This document shows positions 54,121 through 63,860 of a stretch of 64,000 nt of DNA, one piece after another (within the stretch, counting starts at the first letter, position 1; each line of letters starts with the position of its first letter). This stretch comes from an uncultured Pseudomonadota bacterium. Lineage in GTDB: Bacteria; Pseudomonadota; Alphaproteobacteria; JACZXZ01. The notes below the pieces were generated by a model. The model was given only the letters and a program-made list of their open reading frames with translations. It was not told the origin of the DNA and searched no databases. The translations under genes were made by a program, and so were the position numbers. The stretch covers positions 1 to 64,000 of the forward strand of contig CAVVLJ010000020.1 in the NCBI GenBank assembly GCA_963749075.1, in the 5' to 3' direction.

Positions 54121-54592
54121 CGTCACGATTGCTCTCGCGATCCATGTGTTGGCGGTCGTGCTCTGGATCGGCGGCGTCGCGATGGTGACGACCGTCCTGC
54201 TGCCCGCGGTGGGGCGGTTCAAGAGTGCCGAGGAGCGGATCGCGTTCTTCGAGACGATCGAGCGCCGCTTCGCCTGGCAGGCGCGCGGCACGACGGTGCT
54301 CGCTGGCGCCAGCGGCTTCTACATGATGGACCGGCTGAACCTGTGGCGCGAAATGCTGACGGCCGAAAATTGGTGGCTCGGTGCGATGGTCGCGGTGTGG
54401 CTCCTGTTCACGGTGATGCTGTTCATCGCCGAGCCGCTGTTCCTCGACCGTTGGTTCGCGGCACGGGCGCGGCGCGCTCCGGAGAGCACCTTCGCGCTGC
54501 TCCAGAGATTTCACTGGGTCTTGCTGATGCTAAGCCTTGTCACGATCTTCGGCGCCGTCGCCGGAAGTCACGGCCTGTCCTTTTTCGGCTGA
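54113..54592 (+). CDS. 4-TM membrane protein (CopD-like)
   Basis: IHVLAVVLWIGGVAMVTTV, FETIERRFAWQAR, GAVAGSHG; 8-bp overlap with the regulator. Confidence 0.75.
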   Translation: MADVTIALAIHVLAVVLWIGGVAMVTTVLLPAVGRFKSAEERIAFFETIERRFAWQARGTTVLAGASGFYMMDRLNLWREMLTAENWWLGAMVAVWLLFTVMLFIAEPLFLDRWFAARARRAPESTFALLQRFHWVLLMLSLVTIFGAVAGSHGLSFFG

Positions 54593-54879
54593 GGACCCCG
54601 AGCGCGAGCCAGGCGATCGTTCGCACCTTCGGGTTTTGAGCCGACAAATCGAATTCGCCGGCGCGCCGCAGTCGATGAAAGTGGACGCGCCACGTTCGTG
54701 ATAGCGCTATGATGAAAGTTTATTGGGAGTCGCGGCCGTCGGAACCGGGACGGGCTGCGATATAGCACTTCGCCATCTCAGCCGGCCGCTTCGCCTCGAT
54801 GTGGGGCAGCCAATGCGGTCGCAAGGGATCTTCGGCGAGGCCGGTATTCGATCGCAGCAGCTGGAAGCGGGTCGGTGCC

Positions 54880-55428
54880 ATGCAGTCGTCGGAGTCCCAA
54901 GTCGATGCGATCCTGTCGCGGCGGTTTCCCGGCCCGCTGACCTTCTATCGATCGCGCAAGAAGTGGCTGTTGCTCCTCCTGATCGGCGGCCTCTTCACCG
55001 CCGGCGGTTTTTGGATGGTCTCGGACGGGGCTTCGGGGGGATGGTTCGTTCTTGCCTTCTTTGCCTGCGGCTCGGTCGTTGCCGCGACGATGCTGTTGCC
55101 GGGTGCGGGCGCGCTGACCCTGGACGGGGACGGCTTCCAGGCGACGACGCTGTTCCGCCGCCGCCGTTCGCGCTGGCGGGACGTGACGGGGTTCGAGCCC
55201 GTATCGATTCCACCCTCGACCGGCAAGCTGGTGGTCTATGACGACAGCAACCTCACGGGCGGCACGATGGCGAAGCTGAGCACCGCGATTGCCGGCCGCA
55301 ATGCCGGCCTGCCCGACACCTATGGGCTCTCGGCCGAGGATCTCGCCCGGCTCATGACGCTCTGGCGGGACCGGGCGCTGGCCGCATCATTGCCGAGCAT
55401 GCCCCAGGCCGGGCACCGGTCGCGATAG
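54880..55428 (+). CDS. Hypothetical membrane protein (2 TM plus a PH-like beta domain)
   Basis: Two hydrophobic helices then LTLDGDGF...RWRDV; LPDTYGLSAEDLARLMT. Start uncertain. Confidence 0.6.
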   Translation: MQSSESQVDAILSRRFPGPLTFYRSRKKWLLLLLIGGLFTAGGFWMVSDGASGGWFVLAFFACGSVVAATMLLPGAGALTLDGDGFQATTLFRRRRSRWRDVTGFEPVSIPPSTGKLVVYDDSNLTGGTMAKLSTAIAGRNAGLPDTYGLSAEDLARLMTLWRDRALAASLPSMPQAGHRSR

Positions 55429-55510
55429 GCTCGATGGCGCCCCTCCCGATCGGGAGCGCGAGCCTGCTCCCGGGGCCGTCATGGAGGGCGTCCTCGAGCG
55501 TTCCGGAACG

Positions 55511-55690
55511 TCACTGGATGTCGATATAGGAAAGCGCCGCGTTAGCCGCGTCCTCCGGGAACTTGATCAGGCACACAAGCGATATGGCGGCGAGAAGGAC
55601 AAGGACGAGAACCTCGGCCACCGGCAGCTGGGCAACCAGTCTTGCGCCATTGGCGATGCGGACGGGCAGAGCGGAGTTGTGCGGTCCCAT
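55511..55690 (-). CDS. Small 59-aa single-TM hypothetical protein (below the ORF-track cutoff)
   Basis: AGGGGAG RBS; MGPHNSALPVRIANGARLVAQLPVAEVLVLVLLAAISLVCLIKFPEDAANAALSYIDIQ*. Confidence 0.5.
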   Translation of the reverse strand: MGPHNSALPVRIANGARLVAQLPVAEVLVLVLLAAISLVCLIKFPEDAANAALSYIDIQ

Positions 55691-56039
55691 AATCTGCTCC
55701 CCTTGATGCTCGCCGCCCTTATAGGGTTTTGCCGTCGTGTTCGTCAGTGACTGGAATCACAACCGGATCCAAGACGGCAATAGCGGAAGCCGCTTCGAGC
55801 ACGCCGGGGCGGCGCGCTGCCTGGATCGCCGCTGAAAGGGACCGGAGCCAGGCGATGACCGGCGCCCGGGCCGCAGCCGGGCACATGTAGCGCGCGAGCG
55901 GAATCGCCGCAGCGAGACGGCAGGCGATGCGCATCCCCCGCCGCTCGCCTGAGCGGCGGCCGGGCAAGAGCACCACGGGGCTCGCCCGCGGCTTTATGGC
56001 GGTTTTGCCGTGGCTCCTCGCCTGACGCCGAGGCCGCCG

Positions 56040-56354
56040 TCAGTTCTCCAAGATCTTCTGGCCTTTCAGGACCAGATTCGTGGAGGCCTTGATGCTCGTC
56101 GCGCCGGAGCTCTCGCTGGAGATGTCCTTGCCTTTGATCTGAATTGTGCCGTCCGGTTTGAGCGTGATGGATGCGTCGCCGCTCTTGATGACGACAAGCT
56201 GACGATGGATCGAGACCGCGGCCTCCAAATGCCTCAAGTCGCGATGAAGTTGGTGCACAAGGCCCGCGAGCTTTTGCACCAACTCGTCGGACGTGCCGGA
56301 CTGGAGGGTATGCTGGAGACTTTGAATCTCGAGTTCGCGTATTTCGATCGGCAT
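56040..56354 (-). CDS. 104-aa protein whose C-terminus resembles the VgrG/gp5 spike-tip beta-helix
   Basis: GGGAGG RBS; IKSGDASITLKPDGTIQIKGKDISSESSGATSIKASTNLVLKGQKILEN matches the typical VgrG C-terminal pattern. Confidence 0.65.
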   Translation of the reverse strand: MPIEIRELEIQSLQHTLQSGTSDELVQKLAGLVHQLHRDLRHLEAAVSIHRQLVVIKSGDASITLKPDGTIQIKGKDISSESSGATSIKASTNLVLKGQKILEN

Positions 56355-56597
56355 TGACGCCCCTCCCTTGGCTGCGACAGGACCGGCTGCTCGGGGTCGC
56401 GAGGTTGGCGACGATGCTGCCGTAACGCAGCCCGGCCGGCACGTCGGTGCCCGAGTCTTCCCGGTCTCGCCCCCTTCGGCAAGGGCTCTGCCGATCGTTC
56501 CGTGAGGCGGCGCAATATTGCCGGCGCCGATTGACCGCGATGTGCTTCCAAATCCGCTCGGCGAATTTCCGCTACGGAGATAACTCATTGAAATTAT

Positions 56598-56674
56598 TGG
56601 CGCGCCCGAGGGGATTCGAACCTCTGACCTTTGCCTCCGGAGGGCAACGCTCTATCCAGCTGAGCTACGGGCGC
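56598..56674 (-). tRNA. tRNA-Arg (CCG)
   Basis: GCGCCCGTAGCTCAGCTGGATAGAGCG-TTGCC-CTCCGGA-GGCAA-AGGTCAGAGGTTCGAATCCCCTCGGGCGCGCCA; cloverleaf with TTCGAA loop and encoded CCA. Confidence 0.97.
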
Positions 56675-56750
56675 GGAGGGCCGCTTGGGGACCCGCGTCT
56701 CTCTTACTGCAAAGCCGGCGGGAAAGCAAAGGGCCAACTCCGTTCGAGCT

Positions 56751-59258
56751 CTATTCCGCCCCGGCGGCGGCACTCTCCTCGTTCATGCGCAGGCGCGCCG
56801 CGGCCACCCGGTCGATCTCCGCCTTGGCGCTCGGGTGGGCCGCGAGAAAACGCTGGAAATCGCCTCCGCTCATCACGAGGAGCTGGCAATAGCCGAGGGC
56901 TACCACGTCCGCCTGGCGCCGCCGGTTGGCGAGGAGTGCGAGCTCGCCGAAGAAGTCGCCGCGTCCGAGCCGCACCTTGTGGCTCGGCAGCACCACCTCG
57001 ACCGCTCCCGAGGAGATGAAGTAGACGCTGCTGCCGCGATCCCCCATGGCGATGATCCTCTCTCCGGGCACCGCGAGGCGCGGATGGAAGAGGCGCGCGA
57101 GCGTCGTGAGCTGTGCCGCCTCGAGATGACCGAACATGTCGAAGCGTTTCAAGAGCGCCTCTGTGCGCAAGCCCAGGTCGAGCGGCGGCTGGCGCTCCGC
57201 GCGCCGCTCGGCGGCCCGGTGCCCGCGCTGCAGGTCGTCGAAGAGCTCGCGCCCGACGAGACCGTCGTCGTGCAGCTCGCGGTATTGCGAGAGCTCGAGG
57301 CGGAGGGCCGCCTGCGCGAGGAAGCGCCCCTCCAGCGCCTCGGCGTGATCGGGATATTGCAGGCGGAGCGCCTCGAGCGCCCGCGCAGCGACCTCGGCGC
57401 GCCCCGCCATCATCTCGCCGAGGAGCTCGGCCACGCGCCCGCCCAAGAGCGGACGCAGGCGCCTCTGGTTGAAGTGCTTGAGCTGCTCGAGCACCAGCCG
57501 CAGCAGCATGAGCGCCTCGAAGCGCGCCGAGATCTGGCGCTGCAGGGGACGGTCGATGCCGAGATGGCGGTGGAGGAAATGGGCGATGCGGAACGCCGGC
57601 CGGAAATCGACCAGCTTGCGCACCGCGCGATTGTAGCCGACGCGGCCCTCCACCCTGGCGGCGTCGAGGATCAGGCCCACGCCGCGCACCAGCCGCTCGA
57701 TCACCGGCGCCGAGACGGTGCGCTGCGCGTGGTGGTCGAGGATGAGGCGGCGCTCGCGGTTGGCGAGCGCCACGAGGCCGATGCGGATGCGGTCGCGGTC
57801 GAGGATCGCCTCCTCGACGGCGGGCTGGGCTGCCACCTCGGCGATGCGCGCCTCGTAGGGCCGGCCCACCGCGCGCGCCACGGCGGGTGCGATCTCGTAG
57901 GCGCGGACGATCTCCTTGACCGCGTCGCGCACCTCGGCGAGCGAGAGGGCGAGCACCTTGTTGCGCAGCGCCTGGTTCAAGGGCGACAGCCGGTCGAGCT
58001 TGAGGAGCTTGATGGCGGGCCGCAGCGTGAGCCCGTTGACGAGGAGCGTGAAGATCACGAATCCCGTGGCCAGCACGGCGATGAGGCGCTGCACCTGCGG
58101 GTCGATGGCCGGGTTCTCGGTCACCGCCAGCGCCAGCGCTAACGTGACGGCGCCGCGCAGGCCGCCCCAGGCGATCGCCAGCTTGTAGGCGCCGCTCACT
58201 TTCTCCGCGAGGCGGACGGCGCTCAGCACCGGCATGACCGCGAAGAGCACGAGCGCGCGCGACGCCAGCGCCGCCGCCACCACCACCATGATAAGCACGA
58301 GGTCCCCGAGATCGCTACCGCCGAGCAGCTTCGGCACCAGGATCGAGGCGGCGAGGAAGACGAGGGAGCCGGCCCAGAAGGCGATCTGCTCCCACACGCG
58401 CTCGAGGTAGAGCCAATTGGCGGGGGAGGTCCGGGCGCGGCCGACGACGCCGAGCGTGAGGCCGGCCGCCACCACCGAGACGACGCCCGAGACCTCGAAC
58501 ACGTGCTCGCCGAGGACATAGACGAGATAGGGCAGCGCCAGCGTGAGCGTGGCCTCGGCGGTGCGCAGGCCGCCCAGAAGCGGGAACAGCATGCCGGCAA
58601 GCCGCGCGCCCGCGACGCCCCAGGCGATGCCGCCGAGGAAGGTCACCGCAAAGCGTTCGGCGCCGGCGAGCAGATCCGGCGGCCGGCCCTCGATCAGCCC
58701 GTCGAGGAGCACGCCGAAGAGCACGATCGCCGCCGCGTCGTTGAGCAGGCTCTCGCCTTCGACGAGGCGCTGCAAGCGCTGGGGTGCTCCGAGCTCGCGG
58801 AAGATCGCGATGACCGCCGCCGGGTCGGTGGTCGCGACGATGGCGCCGAGGAGGAGCCCCACCACGAGCGGCACATGGGCGGCGAAGGAGACCGCGTAGC
58901 CGATCGCCGCCGCCGCGGCGAAGACCGCGACCACGGCGAGTGCGAGGATGGGGGCCGCGTCCTCGGCCATCTCCCGCACGTCGATGGTGATCGCGGCCTG
59001 GAACAGGAGGAGCGGCAGGAAGACGACGAGGAAGACCGAGGCGTTGAACGGCAGGTTGACGATCGGCTCGACGATGTCGTTGAAGGCGTCGGTCAGGGGC
59101 GTATAGAGCAGGAAGGCCGAACCCGCGCCGACGGCGACGCCGACCACGGCAAGAAGCACGGTATAGGGCAGGTGGAGCCGCTCGGCGAGCGGCTGGATCA
59201 GGCTCACCAGCACCAGAAGACCGGCGATGATGAGCGTGACGGTCGCGACATCGATCAA
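56751..59258 (-). CDS. CPA1 (NhaP-type) Na+/H+ antiporter with a C-terminal cyclic-nucleotide-binding domain
   Basis: FLPLLLF, ATTDPAAV, EGESLLNDA, WGGLRGAV; GDFFGELALL..RRQADV. Confidence 0.9.
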   Translation of the reverse strand: MIDVATVTLIIAGLLVLVSLIQPLAERLHLPYTVLLAVVGVAVGAGSAFLLYTPLTDAFNDIVEPIVNLPFNASVFLVVFLPLLLFQAAITIDVREMAEDAAPILALAVVAVFAAAAAIGYAVSFAAHVPLVVGLLLGAIVATTDPAAVIAIFRELGAPQRLQRLVEGESLLNDAAAIVLFGVLLDGLIEGRPPDLLAGAERFAVTFLGGIAWGVAGARLAGMLFPLLGGLRTAEATLTLALPYLVYVLGEHVFEVSGVVSVVAAGLTLGVVGRARTSPANWLYLERVWEQIAFWAGSLVFLAASILVPKLLGGSDLGDLVLIMVVVAAALASRALVLFAVMPVLSAVRLAEKVSGAYKLAIAWGGLRGAVTLALALAVTENPAIDPQVQRLIAVLATGFVIFTLLVNGLTLRPAIKLLKLDRLSPLNQALRNKVLALSLAEVRDAVKEIVRAYEIAPAVARAVGRPYEARIAEVAAQPAVEEAILDRDRIRIGLVALANRERRLILDHHAQRTVSAPVIERLVRGVGLILDAARVEGRVGYNRAVRKLVDFRPAFRIAHFLHRHLGIDRPLQRQISARFEALMLLRLVLEQLKHFNQRRLRPLLGGRVAELLGEMMAGRAEVAARALEALRLQYPDHAEALEGRFLAQAALRLELSQYRELHDDGLVGRELFDDLQRGHRAAERRAERQPPLDLGLRTEALLKRFDMFGHLEAAQLTTLARLFHPRLAVPGERIIAMGDRGSSVYFISSGAVEVVLPSHKVRLGRGDFFGELALLANRRRQADVVALGYCQLLVMSGGDFQRFLAAHPSAKAEIDRVAAARLRMNEESAAAGAE

Positions 59259-59323
59259 GCGGCTGTGCTCCGTTTCTCGGCTGCGGACGTCGGGCGATTA
59301 TAGCGGAGGGTGCCGTGCCAATC

Positions 59324-60466
59324 CTATTCCGTCGCCGCCGCCTCCTCGCACGCGCGCCACAGGCCCTCGGGCACGCGGGCCGCGAGCCAGCGGTGCACCT
59401 CGTGCACGAGTGCGTCGCGCCAGGAGAGGCGGCCGGGGCGGTAGAGCGGCGAGGCGAGGCCGGCCTGCTGGCGCTCCAGCATCGCCACGTCCTCGTGCGC
59501 CACGCGCTGCCAGCGCTCGTAGTAGCGCTGAGCGCCGGCGGCGAAGTCGGACCGCATGGCGGTCGTGCGCGGGAAGCAGCCGCCGAGGGAGAGCATGGTG
59601 CGCTCAGGGCCGAGCGGCCGCATGGCGAGCCACCACATGCAGTCCTGGGCGCAGGCGAACTGGGTGGTCGGCAGGATCATGGTGAAGTAGGTGCCGCGCC
59701 GCGCCTCGGGGGTTAGCCCGGGGATGGCGGGGAAGGGGGCGGGCTCGCCGAGCACGGCGACGCTCGTCTCGCTCAGCACCTGAAGGCAGAGCCAGTCGCC
59801 TTCCGTGGCGACGACGGCCTCGCGCTGGGCGCCCACGGTCGAGCGGTGCACGATGCCGGTGTGATAGGCCTCGAGCGCGTTCTCGACGAGGAGCTTCCAG
59901 TTGCAGCGGCACTCGATCTCCGCGCGCCAGCTGCACAGCATCTCGTCGAAGCGGTAGCAGGCGAGCTTCGCGGGCAGGTCGCCGAGCGCGGTCAGGAGGT
60001 CGGGCGCCTCGGGCGCGAAATTGAGGAAGACGAAGCCCTGCCAGCTCTCGAGCCGCACGGGCGCCAGGCCGTGCGCCTCGGGTGCGAAGCCGATGCTGCG
60101 CTCCATGCCGGGTGCGGCGAGGAGCGTGCCGTCGAGGCGGTAGCTCCAGGCATGGTAGGGGCAGCGGATCGCCGTCACGCGGCCGCTTCCTGTGACGAGC
60201 AGCGAGCCGCGGTGGCGGCAGCAATTGGCAAAGGCGCGCAGGCTGCCGTCCCCGTCGCGGAGGAGGATGACCGGACCGCCCGCCGTGTCGATGGCGCGGT
60301 AGTCGCCGGCGGCAGGGAGCTCCTCCGCGCGCCCGGCGAAGAGCCAGTTCTTGCGATGGATCTCCGCCAGCTCCCAGGCGAAGAAGCGCTCGGAGCCGTA
60401 GCACCAGCCGGGCAGCGCCTCGGCCTCGAGGAGAGGCGCCAACACCTTGCCGCGCGCATCGGTCAT
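59324..60466 (-). CDS. Rieske non-heme iron oxygenase alpha subunit (choline monooxygenase-like)
   Basis: NCCRHRG...CPYHAWSY, NWKLLVENALEAYH...H, ED. Confidence 0.9.
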   Translation of the reverse strand: MTDARGKVLAPLLEAEALPGWCYGSERFFAWELAEIHRKNWLFAGRAEELPAAGDYRAIDTAGGPVILLRDGDGSLRAFANCCRHRGSLLVTGSGRVTAIRCPYHAWSYRLDGTLLAAPGMERSIGFAPEAHGLAPVRLESWQGFVFLNFAPEAPDLLTALGDLPAKLACYRFDEMLCSWRAEIECRCNWKLLVENALEAYHTGIVHRSTVGAQREAVVATEGDWLCLQVLSETSVAVLGEPAPFPAIPGLTPEARRGTYFTMILPTTQFACAQDCMWWLAMRPLGPERTMLSLGGCFPRTTAMRSDFAAGAQRYYERWQRVAHEDVAMLERQQAGLASPLYRPGRLSWRDALVHEVHRWLAARVPEGLWRACEEAAATE

Positions 60467-60710
60467 CCTGTATGCTACTCCCGCTTGCCGCCGCGAGCGG
60501 CTGCCGCCGACCCTCGGGCCGGGGCATCCGCTTGAGGAGGCGAATTATGGGCCATGGGCGCCCGCGCGGCAAAGCCGGGCGGGCAGCCGTCTCGGCGGCA
60601 CCCGCCGGCTGCTGCAGGTGCCCGCGTCACAAGTGCCGCGCTGCCGCGTCTATCACCCGAGAGCCCGGCATCCTCGCGCCGCCGGGCGCCGCAACCGAGC
60701 GGGGTGCGCC

Positions 60711-60980
60711 ATGATCTTCAAGATCGATCCCGGCCAGTCCAAGCCCGTCGATGCCGACGATACCCTGACGATCGCCAATCTCGGCCCGCAGAAGGCCAAG
60801 GGGAGCGTCACGGATTGCCAAGGGACGGTCACCAACTTCGATCTCAGCCCCAAAGGCGAGGTGGACGACAGCACGGAGATCGAGTGTGCCATCGGCACCG
60901 CGCAAGTGCGGAACGACGGCCACACCGTCATCCAGGTCGATAACGGCGAGAGCGGCGGCGAGAGCGGCCCGGTCAGCTGA
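60711..60980 (+). CDS. Hypothetical 89-aa acidic, beta-rich protein
   Basis: Host-like codon usage and non-shadow composition (MIFKIDPGQSKPV...); fills the intergenic gap. Confidence 0.6.
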   Translation: MIFKIDPGQSKPVDADDTLTIANLGPQKAKGSVTDCQGTVTNFDLSPKGEVDDSTEIECAIGTAQVRNDGHTVIQVDNGESGGESGPVS

Positions 60981-61059
60981 CGGCACTCGCCCGGGGCGGC
61001 CGTGGGGCGGCCTCCGCCGGCTCCATTCGCGAGAGCGTGTCCGCGGCTCGTCTCGCGCT

Positions 61060-62082
61060 CTATCCCTTCCCCAGTGCTGCCAGGCCGGTCTCGTCCGCGC
61101 GCGAGGGGAGCGGCGCTGCGGGATCCTCGATCCAATGGAGCACGTCCTCCCAGACCGTCCTCGCCTCGAGGTCGCGCAGCAGCATGTGGTAGCCCTTGGG
61201 ATAGATCGCGATGCGCGGTGGCCCTTGCCCGTCGTGCGGCAGCGTTTCGATCATCTCGCGCGTGGCGTCCTTGGGGATGATCTCGTCGCGCTCGCCGTAG
61301 AGGACGAGGAGCGGGGTGCGGCCGAGCTTGGGCGCATCGGCGAGTGCGGCGTCCATCAGGTTGACGAGGCCCCACACGGCGTCGATGCGCGTCTCCTTGA
61401 TGAAGAGCGGGTCCTTCGAGAGTGCGATGAGCATCTTGCGGTTGTCGGAGGGCACGAGGTGGAGGCCCTCGCCGGTGACGTGGTGCCACGGGATGCTATG
61501 GGCGGCGAGGAGGAGGGCGACGCGCTCGCCGAGGCTCATGGTGGCGCGGCCCCAGACCGCGGGTGCTGCGAGAATGACGCCGGCGACCTCTGGGCGGTCG
61601 GCGCGCGCGAGGGCCGCCATGACCACCGCACCCCCCATGCTCTCGCCGAGGAGATAGACCGGCGTCTCGGGATAGCGCTCATGGACGAGCCGCACCATGG
61701 CGTCGAGATCGCCGACCAGCGCGTCGGTGCCCGGCCACAGGCCGGCGTGGGCGGTGCGGCCGAAGCCGCGCTGGTCGTAGGCATAGGTGGCGATGCCGTG
61801 CTTCGCCCACCACTCACCCGGCATGGCGAAGGCGTTGGCGTAGTCGTTCATGCCGTGGAGCGCCACGATGACCGCCCTGGGGCGGCCGTCTTCAGGGAGC
61901 CAGCGCTGGATGGGAAGGCGGGCGCCGTCGGCGCTCACGAGGGCCGAGTCCGCGAGCGCCGGTGCCTCGATCGGCGGCCCCGGCGCCTCGGTCACCGGCG
62001 TGCAGGCGGCGAGGCCCGAAGCCGCGGCGACGAGGGCCGCGGCGATGAGCGCCGTGTTGCCGGCGCCATGCTTGGCACTCAT
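61060..62082 (-). CDS. Alpha/beta hydrolase (lysophospholipase-like) lipoprotein
   Basis: Lipobox LAAC; HGMNDY, YDQRGFG, GESMGG, GERDEIIP, GYHMLLRD. Confidence 0.9.
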   Translation of the reverse strand: MSAKHGAGNTALIAAALVAAASGLAACTPVTEAPGPPIEAPALADSALVSADGARLPIQRWLPEDGRPRAVIVALHGMNDYANAFAMPGEWWAKHGIATYAYDQRGFGRTAHAGLWPGTDALVGDLDAMVRLVHERYPETPVYLLGESMGGAVVMAALARADRPEVAGVILAAPAVWGRATMSLGERVALLLAAHSIPWHHVTGEGLHLVPSDNRKMLIALSKDPLFIKETRIDAVWGLVNLMDAALADAPKLGRTPLLVLYGERDEIIPKDATREMIETLPHDGQGPPRIAIYPKGYHMLLRDLEARTVWEDVLHWIEDPAAPLPSRADETGLAALGKG

Positions 62083-63092
62083 CGCCGCCCGCTCGCGGAG
62101 GCCGCGTCTCCGGCCGGCCGCTCGCGCGTGATCTCGAGGAAGAGGTCCTCGAGGTCCGCCTCGGTGGTCGAGAGATCGGCGATGCCGAGACCCGCGTTGC
62201 GCAGCGCCGTCAGGATGTCGCGGATGCGCGTCTCGCTCGGGCGGTAGCGGAAGACGAGGCGGCGCGGCCCCGGGAGCGTCACGTTGAAGGCCGCAAGTGC
62301 TGTGGGCAGGGCGGCGAGATCCTGGGTCAGGACGACGGAGAGCTCCTTGCGGTCGAGGCGGGCGAGGAGCGCATCCTTGCTGTCGCAGGCGATGACGCGG
62401 CCGTGGTTGATGATGGCGATGCGGTCGCAGAGGAGCTCGGCCTCCTCGAGATAGTGGGTGGTGAGGAGAATGGTGGTGCCGCTGCGGTTGAGCTCCTGGA
62501 TGTGCGCCCAGAGCTGCTGGCGGAGTGCTACGTCGACCCCCGCCGTCGGCTCGTCGAGCACGAGGACGGGCGGGTTGTGCACCATCGCCTTCGCCACCAT
62601 GAGACGGCGCCGCATGCCGCCCGAGAGCGTGCGCGCGTAAGACTCGGCCTCGGCCGTGAGCCCGACCGCGGCGAGCAGCGCCTCGGTCCTCCGCTCGCGG
62701 CGCGGGATGCCGTAGAGCCCGGCCTGCAGGTCGAGGAGCTCGCGCGGCGTGAAGAAGGCGTCGAGGTTGAGCTCCTGCGGCACCACGCCGATCGCGGCGC
62801 GCGCCGCGCGCGGGTCCTCGTCGATGTCGATGCCCCAGACGCGGGCGCGGCCGGCGGTCTTAATGACGAGCCCGGCGAGAATGTTGATGAAGGTGGACTT
62901 GCCGGCGCCGTTGGGGCCCAAGAGGCCGAAGAGCGAGCCGCGCGGGATGGCGAGGTCGACGGCCTTGAGCGCGTGCTTGCCGCCGCCCCGCGCCTGACCG
63001 CGGTAGAGCTTGTCGAGCCCCACCGCCTCGACCGCGAGGTCGGGCAGAGCCGGGGAAGACGGTCGGCTGAGGAGAGAGGACTCGACGGGCAT
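62079..63092 (-). CDS. ABC transporter ATP-binding protein (YadG-like)
   Basis: GPNGAGKST, GVVPQE, LSGGMRRRL, LDEPTAGVD, TTHYLEEAE. Confidence 0.92.
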   Translation of the reverse strand: MPVESSLLSRPSSPALPDLAVEAVGLDKLYRGQARGGGKHALKAVDLAIPRGSLFGLLGPNGAGKSTFINILAGLVIKTAGRARVWGIDIDEDPRAARAAIGVVPQELNLDAFFTPRELLDLQAGLYGIPRRERRTEALLAAVGLTAEAESYARTLSGGMRRRLMVAKAMVHNPPVLVLDEPTAGVDVALRQQLWAHIQELNRSGTTILLTTHYLEEAELLCDRIAIINHGRVIACDSKDALLARLDRKELSVVLTQDLAALPTALAAFNVTLPGPRRLVFRYRPSETRIRDILTALRNAGLGIADLSTTEADLEDLFLEITRERPAGDAASASGRR

Positions 63093-63224
63093 GGCCGGCT
63101 CGCGGCACCCTTCCGCTCGCAGTTGATTGCTGGCGGCGAATGGGTATCATCCGGCTCCGAGCATGGTCAACGCCGAGCGCGCCGCCGGGGCGCTTAGCCG
63201 GCGCCGAGGATGGGGGCACGGGAC

Positions 63225-63419
63225 ATGGCCGAGGCGGCGGGCGCCCAAGCGCCGGAGGTCATCGAGGTGAGCGAGACCGAGGTCGCCTGCGACGGCGGCG
63301 GCGTGCTCGGCCATCCGCGCGTCTTCCTCAACATGGGCGATCGCCGCCAGGTCGAATGCCCCTATTGCGACCGCATCTTCAAGCTCAAGGACGGGGTCAA
63401 GGCCGGCGCGGCGCACTGA
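63225..63419 (+). CDS. zf-CHCC zinc-finger protein (NDUFS6-like)
   Basis: VACDGGGVLGHPRVFL...VECPYCDR. The upstream ATG at 63210 is possible. Confidence 0.88.
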   Translation: MAEAAGAQAPEVIEVSETEVACDGGGVLGHPRVFLNMGDRRQVECPYCDRIFKLKDGVKAGAAH

Positions 63420-63443
63420 GGTGCCCCGCGGTGCTGTCAGGTG

Positions 63444-63855
63444 CTACGGCCGCACGCCACGGAACGGATTGGCGATGCGGAGCCGGCCGTCGATCACCAT
63501 GCCGTCCTGCATGTCGTCCGACCACAAGGTATCGCTCCCGGCCCTAAGAGCGGCGGCGATCATCAAGGCGTCGAAGATCGCGTAGCCGTAGCGCTCGGCC
63601 AGACGCAGCGCCTCCGTGTGAGTTCTCGAGGTCCATTGGAAGTATGGTTGGACAAAGGGTGCGGATGTCCGCGAGCGCATCCCGCACCTCCTCCCACGTC
63701 ATGCCCAGCTTGCCTCGCGCCACGTTGGCGAATTCGTTGAGACCCTGGACGCTGACGCCGCCGCCGCGCTCGAGGAGCGCCTGGGCGGGTGCTGCGCGCG
63801 GATCGGCGGTGAAGGCATAGACCAGGATGTTGCTGTCGAGGAACTCGCCGGGCAT
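63444..63855 (-). pseudogene. vapC: PIN-domain (VapC) toxin with a +1 frameshift at ~63623
   Basis: FLDSNILVY...VSVQGLNEF in one frame; removing one A from GAG AAC TCA gives MDLETHTEAL...FDALMIAAAL..G.DTLWSDDMQDG...IANPF. Confidence 0.85.
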
Positions 63856-63860
63856 CGGCT

